NCBI GenBank assembly: GCA_963668625.2 | Contig: CAXXKA010000006.1 | Coordinates: 480,001 to 544,000 of the forward strand | Direction: 5' to 3' | DNA: 64,000 nucleotides | DNA from: an uncultured candidate division Zixibacteria bacterium | Lineage (GTDB): Bacteria > Zixibacteria > MSB-5A5 > UBA10806 > 4484-95 | The notes under the pieces: model-generated | Database searches by the model: none | Told to the model about the DNA's origin: nothing | The model's input: only the letters and a program-made list of their open reading frames with translations | Part shown: piece by piece, positions 30,582-41,694 of the stretch | Position numbering within the stretch: the stretch's first letter is position 1 | Layout: each line of letters begins with the position of its first letter | Position numbers and translations under genes: made by a program

Positions 30582-31154
30582 ATGGCAAATCTCGGCGTAT
30601 TCGGCGGTACATTCGATCCGCCCCACATAGGGCATCTGATACTGGCGCAAAGCGCTTGCGAGCAGCTAAATCTCGATAAAATTATTATCATACCCGCAGG
30701 TAAACAGCCACATAAGTCAAATCTGAATATATCATCGGGAAAAGCGCGTTTGGAGATGCTCGAGTTGGCTATTGCCGGAGATGATCGGTTCGAGATATCC
30801 GATATCGAACTAGGCAGCGATGACATCTCGTATACGTACAAAACGATTTCCCGCCTGCGCGAATTATACCCCGAAAACGAGTTGTATTTTCTGATCGGCG
30901 GTGATAATATCTCCGATATCGAAACCTGGATGAAACCGGAGGAGATATTCGGGAAAGCCGTAGTGGCGGCGGCCATGAGACCCGAATACGAACCCTCGGG
31001 CAAGTTCAAAAATGACATTAGATTGTTTAACATGCCGCCTATCGGTCTGTCATCCACGGAGATTAGAGATATGGTTAAAAACAAACGATCGATCAAATAT
31101 CTGGTACCCGAAAAAGTTGAAAACTATATCAGAAAGAATAAGTTATATATCTAG
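30582..31154 (+). CDS. nadD: Nicotinate-nucleotide adenylyltransferase
   Basis: GGTFDPPHIGH, PHK, SYTY.T, LIGGD, SSTEIR. Confidence 0.97.
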   Translation: MANLGVFGGTFDPPHIGHLILAQSACEQLNLDKIIIIPAGKQPHKSNLNISSGKARLEMLELAIAGDDRFEISDIELGSDDISYTYKTISRLRELYPENELYFLIGGDNISDIETWMKPEEIFGKAVVAAAMRPEYEPSGKFKNDIRLFNMPPIGLSSTEIRDMVKNKRSIKYLVPEKVENYIRKNKLYI

Positions 31155-33845
31155 ATGAGTAAACTACTGCTTCTAATAGACGGCTCGGCGGTCGCGTATC
31201 GGAGTTATTTCGCGTTTATCCGCAATCCGCTGGTTAACTCGCATGGGGAAAATACCGGCGCGCTTTTCGGATTCACCGGCTCCATCGTAAAGATACTCGA
31301 ACAGGTCAAGCCTGATTACCTGGCCTGCGTTTTCGATACCGCTGCCCCGACATTTCGCCATGAACTATATGATGAATACAAATCGACTCGCGCTAAAATG
31401 CCCGATGAATTGGCCGATTCGCTGCTCTGGATAAAACAGATGCTGGAGGGATTCAAGATTCCCGTTTTGGAGATGCCGGGATACGAGGCGGATGACATTA
31501 TCGGAACGCTGGCGCGCAAAGCCGCCGACAAAGGTTTCGAGGTTGGGATGTTTACCGGCGATAAAGATTTTTATCAACTTGTTAACGATAAAGTCAAACT
31601 TCTGCACCCTAAAACATTCGAATGGTTCGGCAGTGAACGAGTCGAGGAGAAATTCGGCGTACCTCCCGATAAAGTCATAGATTTTCTGGCCCTGATGGGA
31701 GACAGTTCGGATAACGTTCCGGGCGTACGAGGAGTTGGCGAAAAGACAGCATTGAAACTACTGAATGAATTCGGCAGTTTCGAGAAAGTGCTCGATTCCG
31801 CCGATCTGGTCAAACAAAAAAAAATCTCGAATTCACTAAAAGAGAACAGGGAACTGGCGGAGCTGTCATACAGGCTGGTGACTATCGATACCGATGTACC
31901 GGTCGAGTTGGACGAGGATGCTCTCAAAGTGGAAAACCCCGATAGCGCCTCGTTGGCCGAATTATTCAAGCGTTATGAGCTTGGTATGTATTATAAACGT
32001 TTCGCCGCCGAGGACACTGCAGTAGAACAAAGCTCGCTTAACCTGGCGGCCAAAGCCGACTACAAAACCGTCGAAGACCCGAAGGAATTCGAGAGAATTT
32101 TGAATGAGGCGAAGAAGCTCGGCGAGATCGCGATTGATACCGAGACCACCTCGACCGTGGCGCTGGAGGCCAAACTGGTTGGTGTATCGCTGGCCTTGAA
32201 AGAGAACGAGGCGTTTTACGTTCCCTTGAATCACGAGGGCGGCGAAAATAACTTGCCGTTCGAGAAATCGATTGAGCTGTTGCGAGACTTTTTCGAATCT
32301 GGAACGAAATTGATCGGCCATAACTTGAAATACGATCGGCAGGTGTTCGCCAATCACGATCTTGTCATGGCGGATATCACTTTCGATACGATGATCGCCT
32401 CGTACTTGATTAATCCCGGCAGGAGATCGCATAAGCTCGATGATTTAGCCGATGAGTATCTCGGTTATCGCATGCAGCCGATCACCGAGCTTATAGGCAG
32501 CGGCAAAAAGCAGATCACATTCGATAAGGTTCCGGTGGGCTCAGCCTCGTTTTACGCCGCCGAGGACGCCGATTACACGCTGAAGCTTAAAAACGTATTA
32601 GAGCCGCTCTTGAAAGAAAATAAGCTCGAATCGCTTTTCTACGATATGGAGATGCCTCTTCTGACCGTATTGGGCGATATGGAGGCCAACGGCGTATCTA
32701 TCGATCTGAAATTCCTGAAAAATCTATCGGAGGATTTCGGCGAGAAACTGATCGGTGTGGAAAGCAAGATATACAAGGAAGCCGGCCGCGAGTTCAATAT
32801 TAACTCGCCGTTGCAGCTCAGGGGCATATTGTTCGATGAGCTGCAGTTGCCATCATCCAAGAAAACCGCCAAGGGTGGTGAGAAGTCCACCGATATCGGC
32901 GTGCTCGAGAAACTGGCCTTAATTCATCCGTTACCCAAATTGATACTCGAATACCGGCAATTGAACAAACTCAAATCAACCTATATAGATGCTATACCCA
33001 GCCTGGTAAATAAACATACCGGCCGGGTTCACACCAGTTTTAACCAGACCGTAGCCGCCACCGGCCGGTTATCCTCAACCGACCCGAACCTTCAAAATAT
33101 TCCTATCCGCACGGCCCAGGGACGAGAGATTCGCAAGGCGTTTACGGCCCGTGAGGGATTCAATATATTATCCGCCGACTACTCCCAGATAGAACTTCGC
33201 TTGATGGCCCATTATGCGGGCGACGAGGCGCTCATCGATTCATTCAATAAAGGCGAGGATATTCACAGCCGAACGGCAGCCGAAGTGTTCGGTGTCGATT
33301 TGAAGGATGTCACCTCCGACCAGAGGCGCGCCGCTAAAACCGCTAATTTCGCTATAATCTACGGTGTCTCGGCGTATGGCCTTTCGATGCAGTCGGAACT
33401 GAGCGTGGGTGAGGCCAAAGATTATATCGAGGCATATTTCGATCGTTACCCCGGCGTGAAAAAGTACATGGATGATATGAAAGAATATGCCAGGGGAAAA
33501 GGCTACGTGGAGACCCTGCTGGGTCGTCGGCGTTACCTGCCGGATATTAAAGCGAAATCCCGTCAGGCACGCGAGTTTGCCGAGCGTACCGCGATTAACA
33601 CCCCCATACAGGGCACGGCCGCCGATCTGATCAAGCTGGCTATGATAAAAATAGCGGATAAGCTTAAAGGCAAAAAATCCTGGATGATTTTACAGGTGCA
33701 TGATGAACTGGTGTTCGAGCAACATATTAAGGAGAAAATTTTCCTGAAAGAGATGGTAGCCGAGCAAATGGAGGGCGCACTCGAATTGAAAGTGCCGATT
33801 AAGGTTGATATGGGCGAGGGCGAAAATTGGCTGGAGGCTCATTGA
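31155..33845 (+). CDS. polA: DNA polymerase I
   Basis: 5'-3' exonuclease (LIDGS, EADD, GDKD), 3'-5' exonuclease (DTETT, HNLKYD), polymerase motifs ADYSQIELR and LQVHDELVFE. Confidence 0.99.
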   Translation: MSKLLLLIDGSAVAYRSYFAFIRNPLVNSHGENTGALFGFTGSIVKILEQVKPDYLACVFDTAAPTFRHELYDEYKSTRAKMPDELADSLLWIKQMLEGFKIPVLEMPGYEADDIIGTLARKAADKGFEVGMFTGDKDFYQLVNDKVKLLHPKTFEWFGSERVEEKFGVPPDKVIDFLALMGDSSDNVPGVRGVGEKTALKLLNEFGSFEKVLDSADLVKQKKISNSLKENRELAELSYRLVTIDTDVPVELDEDALKVENPDSASLAELFKRYELGMYYKRFAAEDTAVEQSSLNLAAKADYKTVEDPKEFERILNEAKKLGEIAIDTETTSTVALEAKLVGVSLALKENEAFYVPLNHEGGENNLPFEKSIELLRDFFESGTKLIGHNLKYDRQVFANHDLVMADITFDTMIASYLINPGRRSHKLDDLADEYLGYRMQPITELIGSGKKQITFDKVPVGSASFYAAEDADYTLKLKNVLEPLLKENKLESLFYDMEMPLLTVLGDMEANGVSIDLKFLKNLSEDFGEKLIGVESKIYKEAGREFNINSPLQLRGILFDELQLPSSKKTAKGGEKSTDIGVLEKLALIHPLPKLILEYRQLNKLKSTYIDAIPSLVNKHTGRVHTSFNQTVAATGRLSSTDPNLQNIPIRTAQGREIRKAFTAREGFNILSADYSQIELRLMAHYAGDEALIDSFNKGEDIHSRTAAEVFGVDLKDVTSDQRRAAKTANFAIIYGVSAYGLSMQSELSVGEAKDYIEAYFDRYPGVKKYMDDMKEYARGKGYVETLLGRRRYLPDIKAKSRQAREFAERTAINTPIQGTAADLIKLAMIKIADKLKGKKSWMILQVHDELVFEQHIKEKIFLKEMVAEQMEGALELKVPIKVDMGEGENWLEAH

Positions 33846-34477
33846 TTCGGTTTACTAAAAACAACCCACTTACAATCGGTTTGACAGGCGGTCCGGGTGT
33901 AGGCAAATCGGAGGTGGCTGCTGAGCTCGAAAATATGGGGGTATATGTAATCAACGCCGATAAAATCGGCCATGAGTTGATTGAAAGTAACGGGACGGTT
34001 CGGCGTAAACTGATCAAACTTCTCGGAGGCGATATTGTCGGCCGAGATGGCTCGCTGCAACGTAAAATTATCGGCGGGATCGTGTTCAGCGATCGGCATA
34101 TGATGTCCGAGTTTAATGCGATTATTCATCCGGCGCTGCTTAAAGAGTTGAAAACAAGGTTAAAACAGGCAGCCCTGTCAGGAAGGTATAATGTAGTTGT
34201 CGTGGACGCCGCCCTTATTTTCGAATGGGGGATAGCCGACTGGTTCGAGATGATTCTGGTAGTAGATGCCCTTCGAGATTTAAGGTTATCCCGAATATCG
34301 AAAAACGGCGTCAGCAAGAGCCAGGCCGCCAGGCGGATTGGTTCGCAAATACCGCAAAGGGAGAAGATCGCCCTGGCCGATTATGTGATAGCAAATAATG
34401 CCACGAAAAGCGTATTGAGGAAAAAAGCAAAGTCTTTTTATGCCGAGTTGATAAAGTTATCTTTAATAAAAAAATGA
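33827..34477 (+). CDS. coaE: Dephospho-CoA kinase
   Basis: IGLTGG.GVGKS, NADKIGH, IIHP, DAALIFE, RI.SQ, ADYVI.N; exact start uncertain. Confidence 0.93.
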   Translation: MAGGSLIRFTKNNPLTIGLTGGPGVGKSEVAAELENMGVYVINADKIGHELIESNGTVRRKLIKLLGGDIVGRDGSLQRKIIGGIVFSDRHMMSEFNAIIHPALLKELKTRLKQAALSGRYNVVVVDAALIFEWGIADWFEMILVVDALRDLRLSRISKNGVSKSQAARRIGSQIPQREKIALADYVIANNATKSVLRKKAKSFYAELIKLSLIKK

Positions 34478-34523
34478 GCACTATTTTACTTGATTTCGGA
34501 GCACACTCATGATACATTCCAAC

Positions 34524-34871
34524 ATGCAATTAACGAAACTTTTCACATACAAATTCTGGATGGGATTCAACGGCTTCGTTCTCCTATTTTTATCGGTTAA
34601 CATTGCCACCATCGGGGTAGAGATCGATTCGGGTTTGCCTTTCCTTTTGGCGCTTGGTTATCTCGTTTACTTGTTCGTATATCTTTCCAAAAACGCTTAT
34701 TGGAAGATGGTTACTTTGCTGGGGATTGCCGTTGTCGGTGTTCTGGTATATCTGATTGGAATTATTTCCGGGATTACCGCCTCGGATATGGCGCCTCTGG
34801 CATGGACTCATATCGTTCTTTCGTTATTATTACTGGGCGGGGCTATAGCTCACTGGAAATCTGACAAATAG
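34524..34871 (+). CDS. Small integral membrane protein (about 4 TM helices)
   Basis: Hydrophobic ORF; start placed at ATG 34524 behind a TTGATT-N17-TACATT promoter-like motif. Confidence 0.65.
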   Translation: MQLTKLFTYKFWMGFNGFVLLFLSVNIATIGVEIDSGLPFLLALGYLVYLFVYLSKNAYWKMVTLLGIAVVGVLVYLIGIISGITASDMAPLAWTHIVLSLLLLGGAIAHWKSDK

Positions 34872-35031
34872 TTTTCCCCGAGTAATTTATTTGACAATAA
34901 AAAATTGCGATTTATATCATCTATAGTAATTTTGATGGTATAACTGTTTTTGAATAAATTCTCTGTTTTTTAGGGGGATAAAACTGCGCGTACACGAGAC
35001 TTATTTAATATAAACGAAAAGTGAGGGATAA

Positions 35032-36195
35032 ATGCGACTTGCTGAAAGGCTCGATCACTTGGGCACGGAGACGGCTTTCATCGTATTCTCGAAAGCTCTG
35101 GAGCTCGAAAGACAAGGCAAGGATATAGTTCACCTGGAGATTGGAGAGCCTGATTTCGATACTCCCCGCAATATTATCGATTCTGCCATAGATGCGTTAA
35201 ATAATCACTGGACACATTATTGTCCATCAGCCGGTGTATACGAGTTACGAGAGGCGGTTGCCGAGGATTTCAGCAAACGCCGTAATGTGAATGTCAAGCC
35301 GGAAAACGTTGTCATCGCGCCCGGTGGCAAGCCGGTGATTATTTTTACCTTGCTCGCCCTGATCAATCCCGGCGAGGAGGTCATTTACCCCAATCCCGGA
35401 TATCCCATCTATGAATCAGTTATTGATTTCATAGGAGCAAAGGCTGTTCCTATCAAAATGAGGGAGGAGCGTGATTTTCGCCTGGATGTCGATGAGTTGA
35501 AATCACTGGTGACGCCGAAGACGAAAATGATTGTTATCAACTCTCCTCATAATCCTACCGGCTCTGTGCTTACCGAAGATGATTTGAAAGCAATCGCTGA
35601 GATAGCCGTCGAAAACGATTTGTACGTACTTTCCGATGAAATCTACAGTCGTATTATATATAACGGAGAGCATACTTCGATAACCCAATTCCCGGGGATG
35701 CTGGAGCGGACTATTGTTCTGGACGGCTTTTCCAAAACCTATGCTATGACCGGCTGGCGAGCGGGATATGGTATCATGCCGGAGGAGTTGACCTCGCATG
35801 TTTCCAAGCTCGAGACGAATATCAATTCCTGTACATCGACTTTCACGCAGGTTGCCTGCATCGAGGCGATCAAAGGCGATCAGAGCGCGGTTGATATGAT
35901 GGTATCTCAATTCAAGAAGAGGCGTGATTTCTTCCATGAGGGATTGAATGACATAAAAGGATTCAACTGCCACAAGCCGCACGGAGCATTTTATCTTTTC
36001 CCGAACATCCGGGAGTATGGCATTAAGTCATCCGAGATGGAGGACAAGTTGATGCATGATGGTGGTATAGCGGCGCTTACCGGCACTTCATTCGGAGAAT
36101 ATGGCGAGGGGTATGTGCGTTTTTCGTATGCTACCTCATTGGAAAACATAGAAAAGGCTCTTTCAAAGCTGGCTGACTTTGTTAAGAAATTTTGA
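35032..36195 (+). CDS. PLP-dependent class I/II aminotransferase (AspC-like)
   Basis: LEIGEPDF, NSPHNPTG, SDEIY, GFSKTYAMTGWRAG, GAFYLF, RFSYA. Confidence 0.95.
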   Translation: MRLAERLDHLGTETAFIVFSKALELERQGKDIVHLEIGEPDFDTPRNIIDSAIDALNNHWTHYCPSAGVYELREAVAEDFSKRRNVNVKPENVVIAPGGKPVIIFTLLALINPGEEVIYPNPGYPIYESVIDFIGAKAVPIKMREERDFRLDVDELKSLVTPKTKMIVINSPHNPTGSVLTEDDLKAIAEIAVENDLYVLSDEIYSRIIYNGEHTSITQFPGMLERTIVLDGFSKTYAMTGWRAGYGIMPEELTSHVSKLETNINSCTSTFTQVACIEAIKGDQSAVDMMVSQFKKRRDFFHEGLNDIKGFNCHKPHGAFYLFPNIREYGIKSSEMEDKLMHDGGIAALTGTSFGEYGEGYVRFSYATSLENIEKALSKLADFVKKF

Positions 36196-36410
36196 TATTA
36201 ATCGCCTAACCAGCTGTTATATCAATAGCTTACATTCATTTGTATGGCAATTGATTCTATCCTTTTTACGATTTAGGGGAATAAATACTGTAATATTTAA
36301 TATTTAATGTAGTGTTAAGAATTAAATGGTTATTCCGAAAAGTTTATTAGGTAACAGATATCTAACTGGTTTTTGCGTAAAATGTTAAATAAAAAATTGT
36401 ACTTTTTTCC

Positions 36411-36516
36411 CTTGACAGGGATCAGTCATCACTCATATATCCGAATAATGAAATGGGAATATATTACTTATGAAATTGTATCAGATAGTGTGGGTAATTG
36501 TGATAACATCACTATT
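36411..36516 (+). promoter_or_regulatory. Putative promoter and operator of the TonB-receptor locus
   Basis: CTTGACA..CATATAT at 36411-36440; imperfect palindrome AATTGTGAT-AAC-ATCACTATT at 36496-36516. Confidence 0.4.
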
Positions 36517-36623
36517 AATTAAAAGCGTTAAAAGGAGGTATATATAGTTTAAACGCTAGAAGTTTGTTTGATTAGGAAAATCAATTCATTAAACAGTTAA
36601 CTCTAATCAAGGAGGGAGAAGAC

Positions 36624-39600
36624 TTGTTGGTGAAACTATTGGCAAGGCTTTCGGTCGTGTTAGTGGTAGTATTACTTGCTGCAGCAGCATTTGCCGGTAC
36701 TACCGGTAAAATTGCGGGTACTATTACCGATAAACAGACCGGCGAGCCACTTCCCGGTGTAAACGTACTGATATCCGGGACTAACATAGGAGCCGCCACC
36801 AACATCAAGGGCGAATTCTTTATAATCAACGTTCCTCCAGGTGAGTATCTTCTTAAAGTGAACCTTATTGGTTATCGTCCCTTAGAGGTGACCAATGTTC
36901 TGGTGACTTTGGATCTTACTACTAATCTGGATCTCGAACTCGAAACCGAGACTATCGACATGGGTACAATCACTGTCGAAGCGGAACGCCCGATGATTGA
37001 GAAGGACGTGACACATACTCGTTTACGTCTATCGCCAGATGAAATTACCAATTCGGCGGTTAGTGGTCTGATTAATCGTGTTGCGATTAATGCAGGCAAT
37101 GTTTTAGGTTCATTTCGTGGTAGTCGTGATGGCACCGGTGAAGTCGTATATCTTCTCGACGGTGTAAACATGGCTAACCCGCTGGGCGCTTATTCCGGTG
37201 TTGGTCCGGGATCGGGTCCAGATGACGCTTTGGCCGCTTATGTACCCGATGAGGGTATTGCCGAGGCTGAGGTGTTAACAGGTGGGTTCGGCGCCGAGTA
37301 TCCGAGCGTGCAGTCGGCGGTGGTTAATGTCGTTACCAAAGAGGGTTCCAAAACCTTCACCGGTAAGGTCAAGTCACAATCATCGTTGGATGCTATTCTC
37401 GGCTGGGATTATTTCGGTGATCGTACTTACAACAGTCAGGGCGACGCTGTTCGCCTGATGGAAGTTAAGGACTCGACCGGAGCTATAACCGGTTACGAGT
37501 GGACCGATGATCCGGTGCTCGATGATCACAGACGTTACAAAGTCAGAGATCAACGCAGACACGACTGGTCGTTAAGCGGTCCTCTTCCGCTCGCCAGCCT
37601 GGACATTCCCGGCGAGATGAGTTTCTCGACATCCGGTATGTACGAGTTCATTCGCGACTACCGTGATCCTTCATACTGGCGGGAATCGCAATCGTTCCAG
37701 GGAAAACTCAGCTATCAAGTTAGCTCGAGCAAGAAATTGACGATTTCCGGTTTGTCGTCGACCTCAGATCAGCTTCCCTACGATTTCAGTAGGGCGCCGA
37801 TTCTTACCTGGGGTCAGACATACAATTTCAGCGGCCCCGTTTACTGGGCCGGTTCGACCGACCAGTATTACAGGCCCGATACCATACCCGAAGGTTTGGA
37901 GCAGTATTATGTCATGACCAATGACGGGTTGGATTCCGTTTATTCTTATACGCCTTATGGATGGATCGTATCCCAGGGTTATACCTTTGTGGATGCCGAT
38001 ACTACATTCTTTAACCTGTTAAACGGTGAACTCGGATTAGCCGAGGGTGATGACGGTTATTGGGATGATTTCCCCGATGGCGAATTCGATGACAGCGATA
38101 CTCTTCTGATGGCCGCCGTTCAATCGGCTACCGATAGCCTCGAGGCTCTTGGTATAGCTCGTACTTATTCGAATTACGAGATGGCCAGTACCAGGTTTAA
38201 AACCGAGGGTAAGTCGAGCAAGATTGCTCTTAACTTTACGAATAATTTGAGTCCCAGAAGTTTCTATACTCTTATTTTTTCGCGTTTCAATACCGAGGAA
38301 TCACATCGCCAGTACGATCCCTGGGATGGTCACCCGTTAAGCTACGATGAGATGCAGGAAGCTCGTTTCCTGAGTATGGGGACCACTCAGTATCAGGAAT
38401 TCTTCGTTAACCCGATGTACCTTGGCCGCCGCCGTACCGGTGATGACAAACAAACTGTCTACACCTTCAAGGGCGACTTTACCAGCCAGGTCAATTCGAT
38501 GAACTTGATGAAGATGGGATTCGAGTATAAGAACTTCGATCTGTTTAAAGATCATACCTCGATTGCTTCCGGGGGTAACGACTATAACGATCAGTTTGCC
38601 GTTAAGCCGTTCCAGGTTGGCGCTTATGTGCAGAACAAGCTGGAAACCGAAGGCATGATTTTGAATGTTGGTTTGCGTTACGATTTCTTCGACCCGAAGA
38701 CTTTCGTACCTGCCAATCCTAACGATCCGCTTCTTCAGGATTATCTTAAAGATCCGCAGGATGTATCGACATTGTTCGATCTTCCCAAACGTCTTAAAGG
38801 CGCTGTTGATGCGAAGACCAAACAGCAGATTTCTCCTCGTATCGGTGTCAGCTATCCTATCAGCGAGAGAGACGTATTGCATATAACTTATGGCCATTAC
38901 TTCCAGCTTCCCAAGATGTACTACATGTACCAGAACCAGGGATACGATTTAAGAGGCGCGCATAAGTATATGGGCAATCCGGATCTTAAAGAAGAGAAGA
39001 CCATTGCTTATGAGGCCGGTTTAGAACACGGTTTCTCCGACTATCTCAAGTTGGCGGTAACCGGTTTCTATAAGGATATCTCGAATCTTATCACTTACCA
39101 GAAGGTTTACTACGGTAATGCTTTCTATTGGCTGTATACCAACTCGGATTACGCCAGGGTGAAAGGTTTCGAGTTAACCATGTCTCAACGCAGATGGCGT
39201 GGTTTTTCCGGTAGGGTAACTTATACTTACCAGATCGCTACCGGTAGGGCCTCCGATGGTTATCAGACATTCCAGGATGACTATGACAATCGTAAGCCTA
39301 GAACCGAAGATTTCCCGCTCGAGTGGGATCAACGTCATACCGCCAGGATTAATGTCAATTATCGCGTGCCGTTCGATTGGGGTCCGACGATAGGTGATTA
39401 TAATTTCCTTGGTGATTGGGCCGTTGACTTCTTATGGCAATACGGATCGGGTGTTCCTTATACCAGCTCGGAAAGCGTTCCGCAGCCGGAGATTCCTCCG
39501 ATCAACAACAAGAACTTCCCGGAATCATGGACGATGGATTTACGATTCGATAAAGCCTTCAAGCTGTACAAAACTTACAGGGCTAATTTCTTCGTAATCG

Positions 39601-39758
39601 TAGATAATCTTACCAACCGTGCAAACATAGTGGATGAATACACAGAGTTCGATGCCGAACGTTATGGCTTAACCGGCGATCCGGGCGGACAGTTTAACGA
39701 TCCGGATACTTATGATGCTCCGCGTAAAATCATGCTTGGAATGGAGTTCATGTTCTAG
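36624..39758 (+). CDS. TonB-dependent receptor with N-terminal carboxypeptidase-regulatory-like domain
   Basis: GTTGKIAG.ITD..TGEPLPGVNV; plug YLLDGV..NP and GGFGAEY..SAVVN.VTK; barrel N.GLRYD, SPRIG.SYP, GNPDLK.EKT..YE; terminal Phe. Confidence 0.93.
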   Translation: MLVKLLARLSVVLVVVLLAAAAFAGTTGKIAGTITDKQTGEPLPGVNVLISGTNIGAATNIKGEFFIINVPPGEYLLKVNLIGYRPLEVTNVLVTLDLTTNLDLELETETIDMGTITVEAERPMIEKDVTHTRLRLSPDEITNSAVSGLINRVAINAGNVLGSFRGSRDGTGEVVYLLDGVNMANPLGAYSGVGPGSGPDDALAAYVPDEGIAEAEVLTGGFGAEYPSVQSAVVNVVTKEGSKTFTGKVKSQSSLDAILGWDYFGDRTYNSQGDAVRLMEVKDSTGAITGYEWTDDPVLDDHRRYKVRDQRRHDWSLSGPLPLASLDIPGEMSFSTSGMYEFIRDYRDPSYWRESQSFQGKLSYQVSSSKKLTISGLSSTSDQLPYDFSRAPILTWGQTYNFSGPVYWAGSTDQYYRPDTIPEGLEQYYVMTNDGLDSVYSYTPYGWIVSQGYTFVDADTTFFNLLNGELGLAEGDDGYWDDFPDGEFDDSDTLLMAAVQSATDSLEALGIARTYSNYEMASTRFKTEGKSSKIALNFTNNLSPRSFYTLIFSRFNTEESHRQYDPWDGHPLSYDEMQEARFLSMGTTQYQEFFVNPMYLGRRRTGDDKQTVYTFKGDFTSQVNSMNLMKMGFEYKNFDLFKDHTSIASGGNDYNDQFAVKPFQVGAYVQNKLETEGMILNVGLRYDFFDPKTFVPANPNDPLLQDYLKDPQDVSTLFDLPKRLKGAVDAKTKQQISPRIGVSYPISERDVLHITYGHYFQLPKMYYMYQNQGYDLRGAHKYMGNPDLKEEKTIAYEAGLEHGFSDYLKLAVTGFYKDISNLITYQKVYYGNAFYWLYTNSDYARVKGFELTMSQRRWRGFSGRVTYTYQIATGRASDGYQTFQDDYDNRKPRTEDFPLEWDQRHTARINVNYRVPFDWGPTIGDYNFLGDWAVDFLWQYGSGVPYTSSESVPQPEIPPINNKNFPESWTMDLRFDKAFKLYKTYRANFFVIVDNLTNRANIVDEYTEFDAERYGLTGDPGGQFNDPDTYDAPRKIMLGMEFMF

Positions 39759-39823
39759 CACCTGACACCGGTCTAGTTGCTTGTTGAATTGTTTAAGAAG
39801 AAATTATGGAGGATTACCTTAAG

Positions 39824-41668
39824 ATGAGAAGATTTAACCCGGGAAATAAAGCCGGTCTTCTGTTTATCCTGGCACTGTTTGCTATCTGCCTGATAGGGGC
39901 GGAAGCAATGGCCATGGATAAAGAAGTGGCTGAAAACCCGCTTCGTGATCATCAGGGCCTGGGAAAGACGGCGGCGATCGATGAAGTAGTTTGTGAGATT
40001 GGAAATGTTTCTAATCTTATCACGAACAGTACTTCGGAGAAAGCCACCGGTACGAATGACTGGACTATCATCGTAGGTGATGATTCGGCCGAGTTGCCAT
40101 CAATGATATGGAAAACTCCGAGCCAGTATGCGAGTAATAACCATTACTTGTATTTTGCCAGTATGCGTGTCGCTTACAACGGACACAACATTCGTCTTTC
40201 GAATGATCAGGCCACTAATATCACGGTATTAGAAGGCGGGACTGATCCTAATTCTATTAGTTTATTCGATACCGAATTCTATATTGACGACCAGTCGGCG
40301 TTGGTGCCTGCTCAGTATAAAGTAGGCGTCGGCGTTCGTCAAAAAACATACGCCTGGTCGGAATCCTATCGTGATGATTTCATCATCTACGATTGGTGGA
40401 TTTACAACCTGAACGAAACCGGAATACTGGAAGATGTCTATATCGGTGTGCACGCGGATGCCGATATCTCGACTGCTGAAGGTGGTACCGGTACTCAGGC
40501 GTGGTCGCGCGATGATTTACCGGGATATTACCGGGATGATGTCAACAAAGAGTATATCTCGTATATGTTCGATGGCGACAACCCGACCGTACCCGGTAAC
40601 GATATCGGCGGTAGACTTTCACCTAAGGAAAGCGCCGGCTATATCGGTAGCCGTTTGATCTATGCTTCGGCTAATGCCGATGGTGTCGAGACGGTCCAAA
40701 CAGGCCATGCCTGGTGGGATTGGAACTCCGATCCCTCGGACGATGATGCTCAGGCGGAGTGGGCGGCACTGATTAGCGACGGTATCTGGATGGACCCGCC
40801 GCCGTCACCGCACGATTTCCGTTATTTGCAGAAATTCGGACCCTTCGACATTGAGTATGGTGATTCTATCAGAATCATGGTTGCTTTTGGTATTGGCGAG
40901 GGTTTCGATGGTTTAAAAGCCAATCTTGCCTGGGGCGACAGTTTGTTCAATAACAACTGGATCGGCCCCTCGGCCCCTACAGCTCCCAGTTTTTCGGTGG
41001 AGCCGGGCAACCAGGAAGTTACAATCACCTGGGATAATTTAGCAGAGTCCTCTCTTGACCCTGCTACGGGTGATGCCGACTTCGAAGGTTATCGTCTTTA
41101 CAGAGAGACCGCAACCGGATGGGCTCTCCTGATGGAATGCGATATTGTGGACGATCAGGGTTTCAATACCGGCCTGGTTCACTCTTATGTCGACTATGAT
41201 GTGCAGAACTATTTCCAATACACTTATGTTGTGACTTCATACGACAAGGGTGATCCCGCGAACGGTATCGAATCACTGGAGTCCGGACGTGGAAGTGGAG
41301 TTTCCGCAGAACCGGGAACTTTTGATTTAACTGCAAACGCTGAGGAGACAGAAATTCATGTGGTTCCGAACCCATTCGTGGCTCAGTCCGCTCCGAATTT
41401 CGGTTTCTCTCCTACCCAGGATAATCCGTCAACCGAAAGAATCGTCTTCGTTAATTTGCCGGATCAGTCTACGATCAGGATATATACCTTAACTGGCGAT
41501 CTCATTACCACGATTCGTAATGAGGGAAGCGACGATATTTACGCTAAAACGGCCAGTTGGGATCTTATCACTGATAATATGCAGACAATTGTAACCGGAC
41601 TTTATCTCTATGTAGTTGAAGCTCCCGGTGAAGATGATTTCATTGGCAAATTCGCGGTAATCCGCTAG
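39824..41668 (+). CDS. Secreted acidic protein with FN3-like domain and C-terminal sorting-type domain
   Basis: Signal peptide; PTAP..V.PGNQEVTITWD, DFEGYRLYR, Y.YVVTSYD.G; CTD HVVPNPF..FVNLP..IRIYTLTGDLI..WDL..GLYLYVVE..GKFAVIR. Confidence 0.8.
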   Translation: MRRFNPGNKAGLLFILALFAICLIGAEAMAMDKEVAENPLRDHQGLGKTAAIDEVVCEIGNVSNLITNSTSEKATGTNDWTIIVGDDSAELPSMIWKTPSQYASNNHYLYFASMRVAYNGHNIRLSNDQATNITVLEGGTDPNSISLFDTEFYIDDQSALVPAQYKVGVGVRQKTYAWSESYRDDFIIYDWWIYNLNETGILEDVYIGVHADADISTAEGGTGTQAWSRDDLPGYYRDDVNKEYISYMFDGDNPTVPGNDIGGRLSPKESAGYIGSRLIYASANADGVETVQTGHAWWDWNSDPSDDDAQAEWAALISDGIWMDPPPSPHDFRYLQKFGPFDIEYGDSIRIMVAFGIGEGFDGLKANLAWGDSLFNNNWIGPSAPTAPSFSVEPGNQEVTITWDNLAESSLDPATGDADFEGYRLYRETATGWALLMECDIVDDQGFNTGLVHSYVDYDVQNYFQYTYVVTSYDKGDPANGIESLESGRGSGVSAEPGTFDLTANAEETEIHVVPNPFVAQSAPNFGFSPTQDNPSTERIVFVNLPDQSTIRIYTLTGDLITTIRNEGSDDIYAKTASWDLITDNMQTIVTGLYLYVVEAPGEDDFIGKFAVIR

Positions 41669-41694
41669 ACGAGATGATTGGAGGATTTGAGGAT

